Assembly: GCF_006345805.1 (NCBI RefSeq)
Contig: NC_043002.1
Coordinates: 63,488,001 to 63,552,000, forward strand
Direction of reading: 5' to 3'
Source: Octopus sinensis
Taxonomy: Eukaryota
Length of the DNA: 64,000 bases
Part shown: piece after piece, positions 1-13,166 of the stretch
Layout: each line of letters begins with the position of its first letter
How positions within the stretch are numbered: the first letter of the stretch is position 1
Made by a program: the position numbers and the translations under genes
The notes under the pieces: generated by a model
Database searches by the model: none
What the model saw: the letters and a program-made list of their open reading frames with translations, nothing else
What the model was told of the DNA's origin: nothing

Positions 1-879
1 TCTCTCTTTCTCTCTCTCTCTCTCTTTCTCTCTCCCTCCCTCACTCCCTTTACCTTGCTTCTTTGTCTCTTTTTCACTTTCTGCACTTAAACTACACCCT
101 ATTCACTCATTCCAGTTCGGTCGGTTTTTACTGCTTTGTATTCCATCAGCATTGTTTTGTCTCTTTTGTTCGGTCTAGTAGACATTATTTTTCATTTTTA
201 AATTGCTTAGCTTTCATTTCTTTTTTTTTTAAATGCTAGACTGAAAAAATGAACTAAACTGTTCAAGTAAACATTATGTAATATTCATTCCATTTTTTTT
301 ATTGATGCATAATATATTTCAGTGGCAAAGAAATGCATAAAACTCAGGGTATCCTATTTGTTTATCACTCAACCGTAAAAATAAATAGACATAAATAAAT
401 GGGGTCTCTATAAGACTAATGATATGGAAAAGGCTTTTAATATTTAATATTTAATTACGTTATAACTTTCCAGAGAGCTAAGCATAAGTATGCATTCAAT
501 ATATGCTATTCATAAAATATGTATAACATACTTATATTTTGGGTAGCTTCAACTCAGATCGTCATCGGGTGCCTTCATTCTTTAATATATAGGTTTATGT
601 ACAGGGATAGACAAGTACGTTTGTTAGCATCTAAACAAGTATATATCTAGATTACTGCAATGAATATAGTGGGTCTTTGCACGTATACAGGTCAATCATT
701 TTAGATGAAGGAGAAATATTTTGAGTCGTATATACAACTCTCAAGCTCTCTCGCATATGAGCGTGTAAGAGCATGTGTGCATGTAAGTGGGTGTTTATAT
801 ACGTGTGTAGTAATTAACTAAATTGATTTAGTTAAATTAAATTAAATTTGGTTGAATTTATGCTACAAGTGTTGAAGTT

Positions 880-1068
880 GGCGAAATTTTTCCCCTCGTC
901 TTTCCTTCTCTGGATCTTTCCTGTCCCTATGTTTCTGACGAAGAGCTCCGCTCGAAACGTAAAACTCTCCTTCTTCCCTTCCTCCTTGAGCGTCCAATAA
1001 TACTATATTGGTTCCACGTTCTCGCGTTGTTGTGTTTTCTCTTTGTGTTTTCATGTTTGGATTACTAT
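880..1068 (+). mobile_element. Short Penelope-like non-autonomous repeat (family H1) carrying a hammerhead motif
   Basis: Contains HHR at 931-965 followed by ...TGAGCGTC...CCACGTT...CGTTGTTG; a related copy lies at ~43530-43720 (-). It ends in (TA)n. PLE assignment is inferred from the known PLE/minimal-HHR association. Confidence 0.55.
931..965 (+). ncRNA. Minimal type-I hammerhead ribozyme motif, intact core
   Basis: GTTT-CTGACGA-A-GAGC(TCC)GCTC-GAAA-CG-TA-AAAC: stem I GTTT/AAAC, core CUGANGA, stem II GAGC/GCTC, GAAA, palindromic ACGT stem III, GUA cleavage triplet. Confidence 0.75.
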
Positions 1069-1397
1069 ATATATAGATATAATATATATAATATATATAT
1101 ATATTATATATATATATATAGAGAGACGAGAGAGAGAGAGAGGAGAGAGAGAGACAGACAGACAGACTGTATATAGATAGAAGATGGGCATAAACTTACA
1201 CATAAATAGGATGTATACATGCGTGTGTGTAGGTATATAATGTATCGAGGGACAATATACTCAAATTAGAATAGAATTGTTGATCTTAAGATGGAAAGAG
1301 ACAGAAAAGTTAGCAGAGAGAAGTAATCCTCTGGTCAGCTAAAGCTTACTCGTCAGAGGTCATCGCTATGGGGCACTGAAAGGGCGAGGATAATAAT

Positions 1398-1600
1398 GGT
1401 TTCAAATTTGGCGAAAAGCGCAGCATTTTCGGAGAGTGGATGAGGCAATTACATCGAACCCAGTCTTCAAATGGAACTCATTTTATTGGGCCTGAAAGGA
1501 TGTCGACTTCGGGGGGATTTCAACTCAGAACGGAGTGCCGGGCGAAATACCATTATAAGCATTTCGCCCAGCTTGCTAACGATTCATCCAACTCGCCACC
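1398..1600 (-). mobile_element. tRNA-derived SINE family S1, diverged copy
   Basis: Reverse complement of the head GGCGAGTTGG...CGTTAGC...GGCGAAATGC and B-box-like GAGTTGAAATCC; matches other S1 copies in the window. Confidence 0.7.
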
Positions 1601-1740
1601 ATGATGGGGTGATGATAATGCTCTTTGACTAAAACACACATTTGCCTAGAATATCGTAGGCATTAAACTCTTCTCTAATGTCATATAGCGCTGGCGTTTG
1701 ACACGTCAGTACTTATATAATAACTGACTGTCTCTCTAAA

Positions 1741-1835
1741 TCGGCGAGCTGGCAGAAACGTTAGAGCGCCGGGCGAAAAGCTTAGCGGTATTTCGTCTGT
1801 CTTTACGTTCCGAGTTCAAATTCCGCCGAGGTCGA
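1741..1835 (+). mobile_element. SINE S1 head fragment
   Basis: GGCGAGCTGGCAGAAACGTTAG (A box)...GAGTTCAAATTCCGCCGAGGTCGA (B box). Confidence 0.85.
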
Positions 1836-1999
1836 ATCCTCTCCTCGCCTCTCTCCTTCCACCCATCTCTCCTCTCTTGCACCGACTCCTAATTCTCTTC
1901 ACTCCTACCCTCCTCTCTTCTCTTCACTCCTACCCACCTTCCCCGCCTTCATCATCGCACCTCCCTTATCACCCCACTTCACCCCTACCCTTTCCAAAC

Positions 2000-2462
2000 C
2001 CACCTTCCCTATCATTCCCATCACACCCCACCCCATCCCTTACAGCCATTTCCTTATACCCCACCTCTACCCCACCCTCTTCCTACCCACATGCCCCACC
2101 TCTACCCCTACCCTCAGCCTAACCCACGCCCCACAGTTGCTTTCCCTACTCTCACCTCCCCACCTTCAGCACCATCACACCATCCCACACACCACAACAC
2201 CATACGCCACCATGCCACCCAACACATCAAACCACCACGCACACAATAGCACTGACCATTTCCCAGCCCCACATCTTCACACATACACACACACACACAC
2301 ACACGTCAAGGTCACCAGTCCTCTTCCACACGCACATATATACTCTCTTATACACACATACTCACGCCTTCGTTTTGGGATCACCACGACTTTAATATCT
2401 CCCCTTCTTCCTGACTCTCCTGTGTGACCCTTCTGTCCGGCATTCGCCATGATTGATCGCTA
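2000..2462. repeat. C-rich dispersed repeat, copy 1 (probably Penelope-like body)
   Basis: Collinear similarity to ~36790-37240 (e.g. TCAAGGTCACCAG...CTCCTGTGTGACCC...CTGTCCGGCATTCG); copy 2 runs into an HHR-like motif at 37277. Confidence 0.65.
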
Positions 2463-2513
2463 GCCACTACATATACATACACATATGTACATACATACAT
2501 ACATACATACATC

Positions 2514-2581
<68 letters not shown>

Positions 2582-2596
2582 ATATATATATATATA

Positions 2597-3422
2597 AATG
2601 AAAGAATGGAGTTGAACGACGAATTAACAAAATTCCTTTATTTTCGACATCTGTTTCGATGGCTGCATATTCCTAATTTCGAAGGAATAAGGGGTGCAAA
2701 AACACACCTTTCACTCATATGAATAATGATTAATATAGATAACCTCCTGAAATTTAATAATATAGTCCCATTTATATATCACCCCCATAGTAAATTTTAT
2801 ACCCTTAAAGGACTACTACCCAATCCATTGGGGTATGTTTTACCTTTGTCTCTCTACTTCCCCCTCCTCTCTCTCTATTTCCCTCTCTCTATCGTAAGCG
2901 CAATCAAACACACAGATACAAACCTGTCACTTCATCACTGTCTGTTTTTGGCATCTACCCAACCACACACACAATCACGCACACACATACACACACATAT
3001 ATATTAATGCAGTTATATACATACACACATATAGGCATTCATTCACAAAAGAAAACAACAAAATCACCATTCATATGACCTGCACCCTATCACCTTCCTA
3101 TTCTTAGGCCTCCCTCCTCCAACCTTGTTTGAACCCTTGAACCTTCTAGAATCTCCTACATTCAACCATTTTTGAGGTCACTGCTTATAACGGAATATTT
3201 TAAAGGAACACTCATTATCGCTATGAGCTCCGTGTGGGCAGTCATCTAAAAGTTTTTTGTGCATGTTCATGCTGACATAAGTTCCTTGTTTTTCCTGATG
3301 AGAAGGCGGCATAATGCACCCCTTATTCCTTCGAAATTAGGAATATGCAGCCTTCGAAACATATGTTGAAAATAAAGGAATTTTGTTAATTCGTCGTTCA
3401 ACTCCATTTTTTCATTTATTTG
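2597..3422. repeat. Inverted pair of a ~105-bp repeat (2597-2699 and 3316-3420)
   Basis: Both translate to ELNDELTKFLYF.H.FR.LHIPNFEGIRGA on opposite strands in the ORF track; nucleotide arms are near-identical reverse complements. Confidence 0.85.
3291..3343 (+). ncRNA. Hammerhead-like motif (family H3), atypical stem III
   Basis: TTTC-CTGATGA-GAAGG(21 nt)CCTTC-GAAA-T-TA-GGAA: perfect core, 5-bp stem II, stem I TTTC/GGAA with one G-U; only one nt links A15.1 and U16.1. Confidence 0.5.
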
Positions 3423-3570
3423 TATTAAAAAAAAAAACACAAATTTCCACACGATAGCACGTGACCTCTGCCCTAGGCATGTAGCTTCAACCGTGTTTTT
3501 CTGACGTGAATTTGCTACCCAGGTATCGGTTAACCGAATTATCCATAATAAGATAATTCTTTCATCTACT

Positions 3571-3609
<39 letters not shown>

Positions 3610-3615
3610 TTATAT

Positions 3616-3665
<50 letters not shown>

Positions 3666-4056
3666 AATACAAATACCTTTACTCATTTCTATAGTACAGA
3701 TCTAGTCATACATACATATATATTCCTCAATGTTATGTGTACTTTAAGGAATATGAAACAGTGCTTTTTGTGTAAAAAGTCATAAAATTCCATATATTTC
3801 AATAGCGAGTTAGAGTAGTACATACCCTATATTTTAATATATTATTTCATGTATATAAATGAACGTACTTTAAAAGAGTTTGCGTTTGTGCGTATAAAAG
3901 GCGTTTCCAGTCAATTAAACAATCTGTGCTAATCCACGAAAATTAATACGGAACATCAGACAGTATTTTTCAACTCTGCCATGTGTACGTATATACGAAT
4001 GAGTGTATGCATATACTTATGCATAAGTATATACAAATACACACACACACACACAC

Positions 4057-4090
<34 letters not shown>

Positions 4091-4377
4091 TCATGTATAT
4101 ATATATGTATATATATATACTTATATATGTATATATATATATATAAGCATAAATAGGTGTGTGTAACTAGGCCGTTCGCTTGTCTACAGCTTGTAATCCT
4201 TATCTGATATATGTGTGTGTGACATTGTGTGTGTGTGCCTGTGGTTTTGTCATTGTGTGCACCGAGTACTTATTTACATAGGTATACATCTCTTTGTACA
4301 TCTTTCAATACACACACACACACACGCACGCACCTACACACACACACACGCGACACACACACACACAACACACACAC

Positions 4378-4438
<61 letters not shown>

Positions 4439-4592
4439 GCAAGAAGATAAATTCGGATTAGAGATTAAACGATTTCTCTTATTCTAGGATTTTATAATGT
4501 CAAAGAATTAATTATAATTAGATGCATGTTTGATCTATTTTATTAATTTTGTATTAAGTATCTCTAAATTTTATTCACGCTAAATCTGGTGT

Positions 4593-4595
4593 AAT

Positions 4596-4656
<61 letters not shown>

Positions 4657-4658
4657 CG

Positions 4659-4706
<48 letters not shown>
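4593..4706. repeat. (TAG)n microsatellite with a short GGT interruption
   Basis: Direct reading. Confidence 0.95.
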
Positions 4707-4707
<1 letters not shown>

Positions 4708-4986
4708 GAAATGGAGGATAAAATGGAGGAGGAGATAATAGCATGTTTTCAATAATGATAATTATCAAGACTGCATCGTAGTAACGTTAGAATTTAATAT
4801 TATTTGACAATGAAATGAAGTACTGCAATGCAACAGTGAAATGCCAAGATGTCTTTAAAATATGAACTTAACCTAAACGTTTCGATGAGAATAAAATACA
4901 ATTCTCTATTTAAGAGACTAGGTATTATTTACATTATTTACATTATTTACATTTGACGAATATTTGTCCTCATCTTGTTTGTTGTT

Positions 4987-5031
4987 AACACAACATTTCG
5001 GCTGATATACCTCTAGCCTTCATCAGGTGTT
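4987..5031 (-). ncRNA. Minimal type-I hammerhead motif (family H2) in a repeat spanning ~4925-5080
   Basis: Minus strand AACAC-CTGATGA-A-GGCT(AGAGGTATATC)AGCC-GAAA-TG-TT-GTGTT; stem I AACAC/GTGTT is perfect, C>T in stem III relative to the copy at 5339. Confidence 0.7.
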
Positions 5032-5078
5032 TTCGGGAAATTTCGAACCCGGGTTCTCATTCCTAAGGTATTTTTCGA

Positions 5079-5081
<3 letters not shown>

Positions 5082-5150
<69 letters not shown>

Positions 5151-5197
5151 CATTATCATTGTTATTATTATTATTATTATCATTATTATTATTATTA

Positions 5198-5271
<74 letters not shown>
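5082..5271. repeat. (TTA)n microsatellite
   Basis: Direct reading; the right part is the (AAT)n tail of the SINE at 5270-5334. Confidence 0.95.
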
Positions 5272-5275
<4 letters not shown>

Positions 5276-5334
5276 CCACTTCAAGAATCGAACTCGGAAT
5301 ATTGGAGTTAGTAGCCCGCGCTCTTAAACACTAG
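5270..5334 (-). mobile_element. Short tRNA-derived SINE or tRNA pseudogene with (AAT)n tail
   Basis: Minus strand TAGTGTTTAAGAGCGCGGGCTACTAACTCCAATATTCCGAGTTCGATTCTTGAAGTGGCCTGAATAATAAT: A-box- and B-box-like motifs, then AAT repeats. Confidence 0.7.
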
Positions 5335-5338
5335 GTGG

Positions 5339-5383
5339 GCACCTGATGAAGGCTGGGGGGTATATCAACCTAAACGTTGTGTT
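5339..5383 (+). ncRNA. Degenerate H2 hammerhead motif (repeat ~5339-5440)
   Basis: GCAC-CTGATGA-A-GGCTG(10 nt)CAACC-TAAA-CG-TT-GTGTT; GAAA mutated to TAAA, one stem II mismatch. Confidence 0.6.
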
Positions 5384-5637
5384 AACAACACACACGATGG
5401 GGACAAATATCCGTCAAATGAAAATAATGTAAAAAATGTAAATAATGCAGAATAAAATTGCTTGAAATAATGCAAGTTGCCACTGATATATATATAAATA
5501 TGCACATATAGATTATACAACACACGCGCTCATACAGACATACACACACACACACAAATATTTATACACACACAAATAAGCACACGCCCCCACATTCACA
5601 CACAAATACAAAAGCACACATGTATAAATATATACAT

Positions 5638-5860
5638 TTCTTTACTACCCAGAAGGGGCTAAACACAGAGAGAACAAACAAGGACAGACAAACGCATTAA
5701 GCCGATTATATCGACCCCAGTGCGTAACTGGTACTTATTTAATCGATGCCAAAAGAATGAAATGTGAAGTCGACTTCGATGGAACTTGAACTCAGGACGT
5801 AACGGCAGGCGAAATACGCATTTCGCCCGGCGTGCTAACGTTTCTGCCAGCTCACCGCCT
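5638..5860 (-). mobile_element. SINE S1, full-length monomer
   Basis: Head at ~5860 to tail ...GGGTAGTAAAGAAA at ~5640; matches other S1 copies. Confidence 0.9.
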
Positions 5861-7284
5861 TACACATATATATACACATATGTATTAGAAGGTTATCGTC
5901 GAATATACCAGGCCAAGGTGCTACGCAGTGCGACCGAACCTGTAACTATGTGGTTGAGAAGCACAGCTACAAATGAGTCCATTCTTTCACAGTTTCACAT
6001 ATACATACACATTTTCATGGAATGTGCCCTGGATTATCTTAGATGTAATAAATATAACCAAGAACCACAAGGTCACACTACTGTGAATCACATCTCAATA
6101 CAATTCATTTATCGAATGTTCATAATTAACAGCATTTTACTTGATTCTTTTTCTAGTCGATGTATTTATTTCCGATAGAAATGTCCTGCGAGTATTACAA
6201 TTAACGAAATTAATATAGTTTCTCTAAAACGTTTATTGATTCGCACATTACATGTGACCTTCAAAAATGCAAGTTACAGTTTAATCTCTTTATGTAACAA
6301 CATTCCATAAATGATATTCTGAGTTGGAAATATTTAGAGGTCTGAATATGTAGAAGACTCTTTAACTGGGGTTGCTTCGTTACTACCATTTAAATTGTAG
6401 AAGCTCAAATACTTTTAAATAGTATTTAAATATCCCGAATACTGTTAGCTTTCGGTCAACACCAAGATATGTATTTTTTGACGAAAAGGGAAGTAATATT
6501 TTACGGGAATCCGAAGAGCATAGAATATTTGTGTATCGATATTTCTTCTTCAAAATACTAAACTAGTAATTAATAAGGTCCATAATTCAACCAAAGCCCA
6601 AGAAGTAAATCCTTAACCGTTGATTTCTTCATGTCATAAAATTCTCCAGTGTATATATGTTGGTAGAGCGTACTTATATATGTGAGAGATTATAGCAGTT
6701 ATGAATGTGTCGCGAAGTCTGAGACTGATTTGTTACTTGTAAAGAAGAAATCATGAATGAAGTTGGTCACCGAAAGATTCCCTTAATCGTGGTGTCGAAT
6801 TATCTTCCAAACCAGGCAACATACTGGATACACATCAATAAAAGTCGCCACCGTACCAATACATTTATAAGTTACAGTGTATTGAACCTCCGCTGATTCA
6901 CTTCGTTTAGTTTAAAAGGTCTTCATGAAATCGGAACTATAACAGAAGACAACTTGTCATAAGAGGGTAGAATTAACACCGCAGATATTGCATCCCAAAC
7001 GATGACGTCGACAGGAAATCATCGGCCTAACTTTCCATTATGTTGTAAAAAAAAACCCATTCTTAATTGATCTCGATTCGTTCTGTTTCATTATCCATTA
7101 ATATTTTCTCTCATGTCTGTAGCTTTAAGCGGCTGAGTTCTAAACCAATAAATTCACATGGCTTGTTAATTGACGTTAGTACAGGTATATAGGTGCAGTG
7201 AGAATTCAACTTACCGCAAGAAGAACCACTTATCCCTTTATTGTGTGTGCGTGTGTATGTATGTGTGTATGCATACACACGCAT

Positions 7285-7318
<34 letters not shown>

Positions 7319-7323
<5 letters not shown>

Positions 7324-7632
7324 AGGCGCAATGGCCCAGTGGTTAGGGCAGCGGACACGCGGTCGTAGGATCGCGGTTTCGATTCCCAGACCGGGCGTTG
7401 TGAGTGTTTATTGAGCGAAAACACCTAAAGCTCCACGCGGCTCCTGCAGCGGGTGGTGGCGATCCCTGCTGTACTCTTTCGCTGCAACTTTCTTTCATTC
7501 TTTCTTCTGTTGGCCTGCTCGCTTAGCCAGTCATGTGGCGGCATTTGAAGGCTAAAACAATGCGAAGCACATTGTGACCAGCGATGTGTAGCAACATCTG
7601 ATAACCTGGTCGGTCACGGTGATCACGGTGAT
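7319..7632 (+). mobile_element. tRNA-derived SINE family S4
   Basis: GGAGGCGCAATGGCCCAGTGGTTAGGGCAGCGGAC...GGTTTCGATTCCCAGACCGGGC head; related copies at 18542 and 27550-27808. Confidence 0.85.
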
Positions 7633-7961
7633 ATATATATGTTAATATATATAAAGAGAGAGAGAGAGTGAGAGAGAGAGAGAGAGAGAGAAATAGATAG
7701 ATTGATATGTATGTATCGATATACATATAGACGCATAGACATATATGATAATTCATATATCATTGTACTTAAAATCTGTTAATAATAGGCTCGTAATGGT
7801 GTGAAATTTGTACCCGTTTGAAATAGCTTTGTATAACAATAAAATAATTTGAGTCATCGGTCTAAAGAATGATATCAACTACCGTATCAAACCAAAGACA
7901 CATAGACACTTACGTGTATAGGCCTGGTTCCCTAAAAGAGAATCTGCAAGCCATACACACT

Positions 7962-8189
7962 TTAACCTTTTAGTGTTCAGATTATTCTGTCAAATGTGAT
8001 GTTTGGTTATTTAAAATGGTTTGAATTAATCATGCGTTATCTTGTAGTTTAGAGATTTCAGTGATGTGATTTGTTAATTTTAGAACGACATGGTAGGGCT
8101 GAGGTGAGATGTAAGATCTGGTCAGTTTCAATATAAAACAGGTTAAATATTTTGGCCAGATATGGCCGGTTTGAATGCGAAACGGTTAA
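7962..8189. mobile_element. MITE with TTAA ends (piggyBac-like)
   Basis: TTAACCTTTTAGTGTTCAGA at left versus reverse complement TTAACCGTTTCGCATTCAAA at right; TTAA at both termini. Confidence 0.6.
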
Positions 8190-9940
8190 AATAGTAAAGA
8201 TATATGAATCAAAATATTAAACTTTCTTGTACTGCTAACTTATATATGTACACACAAATGTCTGTAATTTGCACATATTCATTTCCCCACATGTCTAAAT
8301 TTAATGATTTTCACACATACAAATTTAATAATTTTTCTAGTTGTAGATGAAAGTTGAATAAATAATTAGAGACTAGTGATCTCGGATGGAAGAGAACTCT
8401 ATCCCGAATTCTGAAATAATGATACGTCCCTTCATATTTTGCCCTCTACACTTTTATATTTAGGGCGGTACTGGCATAGAGGAATATTTTAACATTTTCC
8501 CATACATGACACTTACAAATTCTAAAAAATGGATTTACTTGATGTAAAGATTATTAGGCTCTCCGTTCAGTGAGCAAATAATGGTTTCATGTAGATAGAA
8601 CAAAAGCGGGATTATCGGAATGTCTTAATAGGCAGACCCTGTAAAAAGAGAGTTATACTCTCAAAAATACCTCTTAACATCATAGTCATGTTTAACACAT
8701 TCTCAACTACCGGTTGCACCTTATTATATTTAGCGTTGTTAGAGATAAGTGTTATTTCCTGGCAACGATTTCGCCATGTTATAAAGAGAATGGGTCTTAG
8801 TTTTAGCTTTAATGTTATCAGGAGACATGTTTCTTATAGAGTTCAGTGTTTTCCCTTGGAACAAATTTGTATCTCATCAACTTAATGTTCCGAAAATTGG
8901 AGATAATTTCTTTAAGTAAAATCAGTATAATATGGAAAACTTTATCAGGAAATTTGGTTTCCAACATGTATAGAAATTGTCTTGTACAGCTGGCCTCCTC
9001 AGAAATTAGATTGCTTAAGCCGCCATATATTTTATATTTTTAGCGAATTGACAGTTTTGATTCAAGCACAGAGTAAATATAGTATAATTAAGGTGGAGAA
9101 ATAGGATTATATGTTATTTCCTACTTGAAAGCTATTTTTGGTGAAATGAGACCTGCTTCTTCCAGATAAATTGCCAGGTGCTTACTTAGCTCATGATTTA
9201 CGCCTGAATGACAAAAAAAAAAGATTATAGAAAGAGAACAAAAACGGCATATTAGCTTCCTGGTTAAATAACTCATGAGGTACTTAGAAGTTCTGCAAGC
9301 TTTTATGAATCCATTACAACGGTGGAACCGCTTCTGTATCGTTTACTATATATCTCAGGGTCCCGCGCGTTTTGTCCTTTCGTCTGTAAAATTCAGCTGA
9401 CAGCGAGATGTAGTGAAATAGTTTGTTGATATAATCATGAACAAGAACTATAGAAGATGGTAAGTGAATTAAATTCAGTACACAGAATCGAATACATTGT
9501 ATTTCGGGCGCATGTGTTTGAGTCAGCATGTGGACGACCAAACAATGGATATATTCAGGAAATCTATAAATAGCCACCTTTCATACGAACTTAAGGATAG
9601 CCATCTTTCAATATATAACTTTTGACTTAAAAACTGAAAGTGCACATAGGCAATGCTGAGTGTAGACTATATAGGCATAAATGTTTAACCCGTTGTCCTA
9701 TCTTGAGCGCTTTCAAGAATCTCGTATCTCTTTGCGAACTAGGATCTACCTGAAGAAATGCGTTAAGCTGTTTTGTCCAACTAAATAACTCAAGTTATTG
9801 AACATATTCTGTAGGTACTATATGCCGAATTGCTAAATTAGAGGCAAAATATCCCACTCCGATTGTGGGACAAACATAAAAACAAATACATACTCACCAC
9901 CAATACACAGACAAATATATACACGCATATCTATAAAAGA

Positions 9941-9984
<44 letters not shown>

Positions 9985-10316
9985 GGAGACCCCCTTCGGT
10001 CATGAAACCATGAGATTGCACCTAGAAAGTTACCCTCCGAGGTAAAAGTCCAAGCATGTTTGTTTATGGAAGCCCATCACTCGCTCATAAATACCAGCCT
10101 CTCCTCTCCACACGAATGATGTTATCCAATGGAAAAGCAAACGCGGATACAGCTTGGCACCAGTGATGTCGCAACTCATTTCTACAGATGTGTGAACTGG
10201 ACCAACGTGAAATAAGGTGTCTTGCTCAAGAAGACAATATGCAGCCCGGTCCGGGAATCGAACTCACAAACACACGATCGTAAGGTCGACGATCTAACCA
10301 CTGAGCCATGCGCCTC
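9985..10316 (-). mobile_element. tRNA-derived SINE family S3
   Basis: Reverse complement of the 39130-39465 copy; head GGCGCATGGCTCAGTGGTTAG...GAGTTCGATTCCC. Confidence 0.9.
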
Positions 10317-11044
10317 CCCCCATATATATATATATATATATGTATTTATATAAATAATACATTTCTAAATATCTCAGAGAGATATATGCAGTAGTGGTAC
10401 CATAGAGTAGTTGTATACTGTGAACTTAATGTGACAGTCCCATGAAGGGAATCACACTACTGCTATTTAGATAGATAGGTAGATAGATGGATAGATTGAT
10501 AGATACATACATACATACATTTATACATACATAAATATTGGTACACTCGGATATGTGACACACTGCATAAATACCAATCTTGAGAAATTATGCTTCTCAA
10601 AACCAGACACGAGAAAGCTACTTTGAATATTACAAATCCACTGGAACTGTAAAAATCTGTAAAACTTTCCAGAGGTTTATGATTTAAGAATATATGAGGA
10701 TATCTAGACATGCAAGCATATGCATAAGAAGACATACATAAAACAAAACTTACTAATCTGCATATATACACGCAGAAATACCCCGCTGCTGTTGTTGATG
10801 TTCCAGTGATGGAGCCTTAGATCTAGATTAGAAACTGGCTCCTTCTCTATGGGCAAATCTCGAAATAAAACTGAATAATGACACTCATACATTCATTTAT
10901 ACATACATAGAACGGTCTTCCGCGAGTTTTGTCTCTGAAATTCGTTGACAACGCATTACTCGTCCCGAGGCTATAAATACTCAACTTGTCACACATTGGA
11001 ACTGATCCCAAACAGCAACGCAGGCACGCACGCACACGCACACA

Positions 11045-11087
<43 letters not shown>

Positions 11088-12635
11088 ACGCGCACAAACA
11101 ACTGCCATGCTATTAAATCTGAACGAGTAATAAACAATAAAATCAATGGGGAAATCGGTAATACATTTATCCTGCCCCAGATTTGCACACACGATATGAC
11201 ACAAAGTCAAGATTGAGATCCAGATATGGCTTCGTCACTTTTAGATTGTTTGACATTATTTTCATTAATTTCATTAGTAAATCATTCCAATGCATATTTC
11301 AGGCAACAGAGAAATAACCACTTGTGTGATAAGCCTTTTTTGCAAGGACATTGCAATAGTTGAAAATAAATGGACCATCGACAATGTGCTCGGTTTTTCC
11401 AATGTATAATCAATAAAATTAGCTTTGGAGTATCTCAGATGATTGGCAACATTTAGGTACGGCAATACGCTAACCTCTAGCATGATCAATTCTCTTGCTG
11501 AATGTAAATATAAAAGCATATATTATGTGTGTACGTATGCACACATATTCATACGTCCATACATACATCATTAACAATATACATACGTACATACAATGAC
11601 ATTTCTATATACAAATATATATGCACACACAAAAATGCACACACATACTGCCCTATGTAGACAAATATACATAAATAAATAATCGCCCAAAATTGCAAAA
11701 GTCATGTGTTTCAGAGTTATGTTGATTTCTAGCTCTCTTGAATTCGTTTTTCTTTTATTCCTATTGTTTTCTCTTATTCCCCTGGATTGTTTCTTTGTTC
11801 TTGTTTTATATATATGCTTTTATTTCTATATAAATGAATCTTTCCCTCTGTTATTTTACGTCTTGCTAAAATGGTTAACCCAATCCCTCTTTACTCAATA
11901 AGAAATATCTAACAAAAACAAACGCTATGAAAAAAAATATGCATCAACAAAGCTGTCCGCAAAACCAGCAGCCATTTATCCAAACTTACATAGAATTTTA
12001 TAGTACAGACTGTCATTTTGCATTAGGAAAGTAAGTGGAACGGTTATTATTTACAAAACCAATATGGACGAATAAGCAAATTAGGAAATGAAGTCATCTT
12101 AGCGACATCGGTTCGCATCGCACAATATGACAATGTTAACGTAATTTCTTTCTCCTTATAGACACAAGCAAAGTTGAGGAGCGAGTAATGGGCAAAAATG
12201 AAAGAGAAAAAGACTTTCCACTCCCTAAGCACCACTACTACCAAAAGTAGCAGGTGCGGTAGCTGCAGTGGTGGCATGAACTAAAGTTGCAGCTGGTACT
12301 TTTGGTGCAACAGCAGCTGAAGAAATGACTGCAAATGCATCAGCAGCATATTGGCAAGCAAAACCACTTAAACTGATTGGTTTTTCCAGGGTTATGTAAC
12401 ATCGATCAATATTATAGTTATTGCGTTCTGTTCCTCACTCTCTCTCTCTCTCCCAATTACAAATTGCCCCTCCCTCTCTCTTGCAAATTTTTTATAATAT
12501 GTGTAGAGATGTGTGTTTGTGTGTGCATGTATGTGTGTGTGTAGGTGTGTGTGAGTGTGTTTGTGTGTGCATGTGCATGAATGTTTGTATATATGGATAT
12601 ATGGATATGTGTGTGTAAATACATGTATGTATATG

Positions 12636-12669
<34 letters not shown>

Positions 12670-13166
12670 GATATATGGTGTGGAAAATATAAGAGAGAGA
12701 TATTGAAAGAGAGACAGGACAGATACATAGATAGACAGATAGATAACTAAAATATCATACATACTTACACATGTACATATCATACATACATACATACATA
12801 CACACACATATTAATATATATATATATATATATATTATTATATATATATATATATAATATATATATATATACATACATATATAAAAACACACGCACACGC
12901 ACATATATAAGTATTTAGAAATATACTCATGCGCGTGTATATAGAACTCAGCAAGCATGTCTTGATTTCGCATTATTTCTTGTGTGCTTCCTGTTCATTT
13001 TATGTTTATTCATGTCATCGTCCTCATTTTCACAAAAGATTTTCCTCACTAATGTCCTTCCAAATTTCTCTTTGTAGGCATGGTTATAATTCTGTTTTAC
13101 TTCTTTCTTCCTTACATTTTCGATGTCATCATCGATAGTTTGTACTCTCACACTTTCGGTGTCGAT

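Noticed and set aside
9398-9458. Plus-strand mini-exon ending in AAGATG|GTAAGT
   Set aside because: All frames from the acceptor hit stops, and no compatible downstream exon was found.
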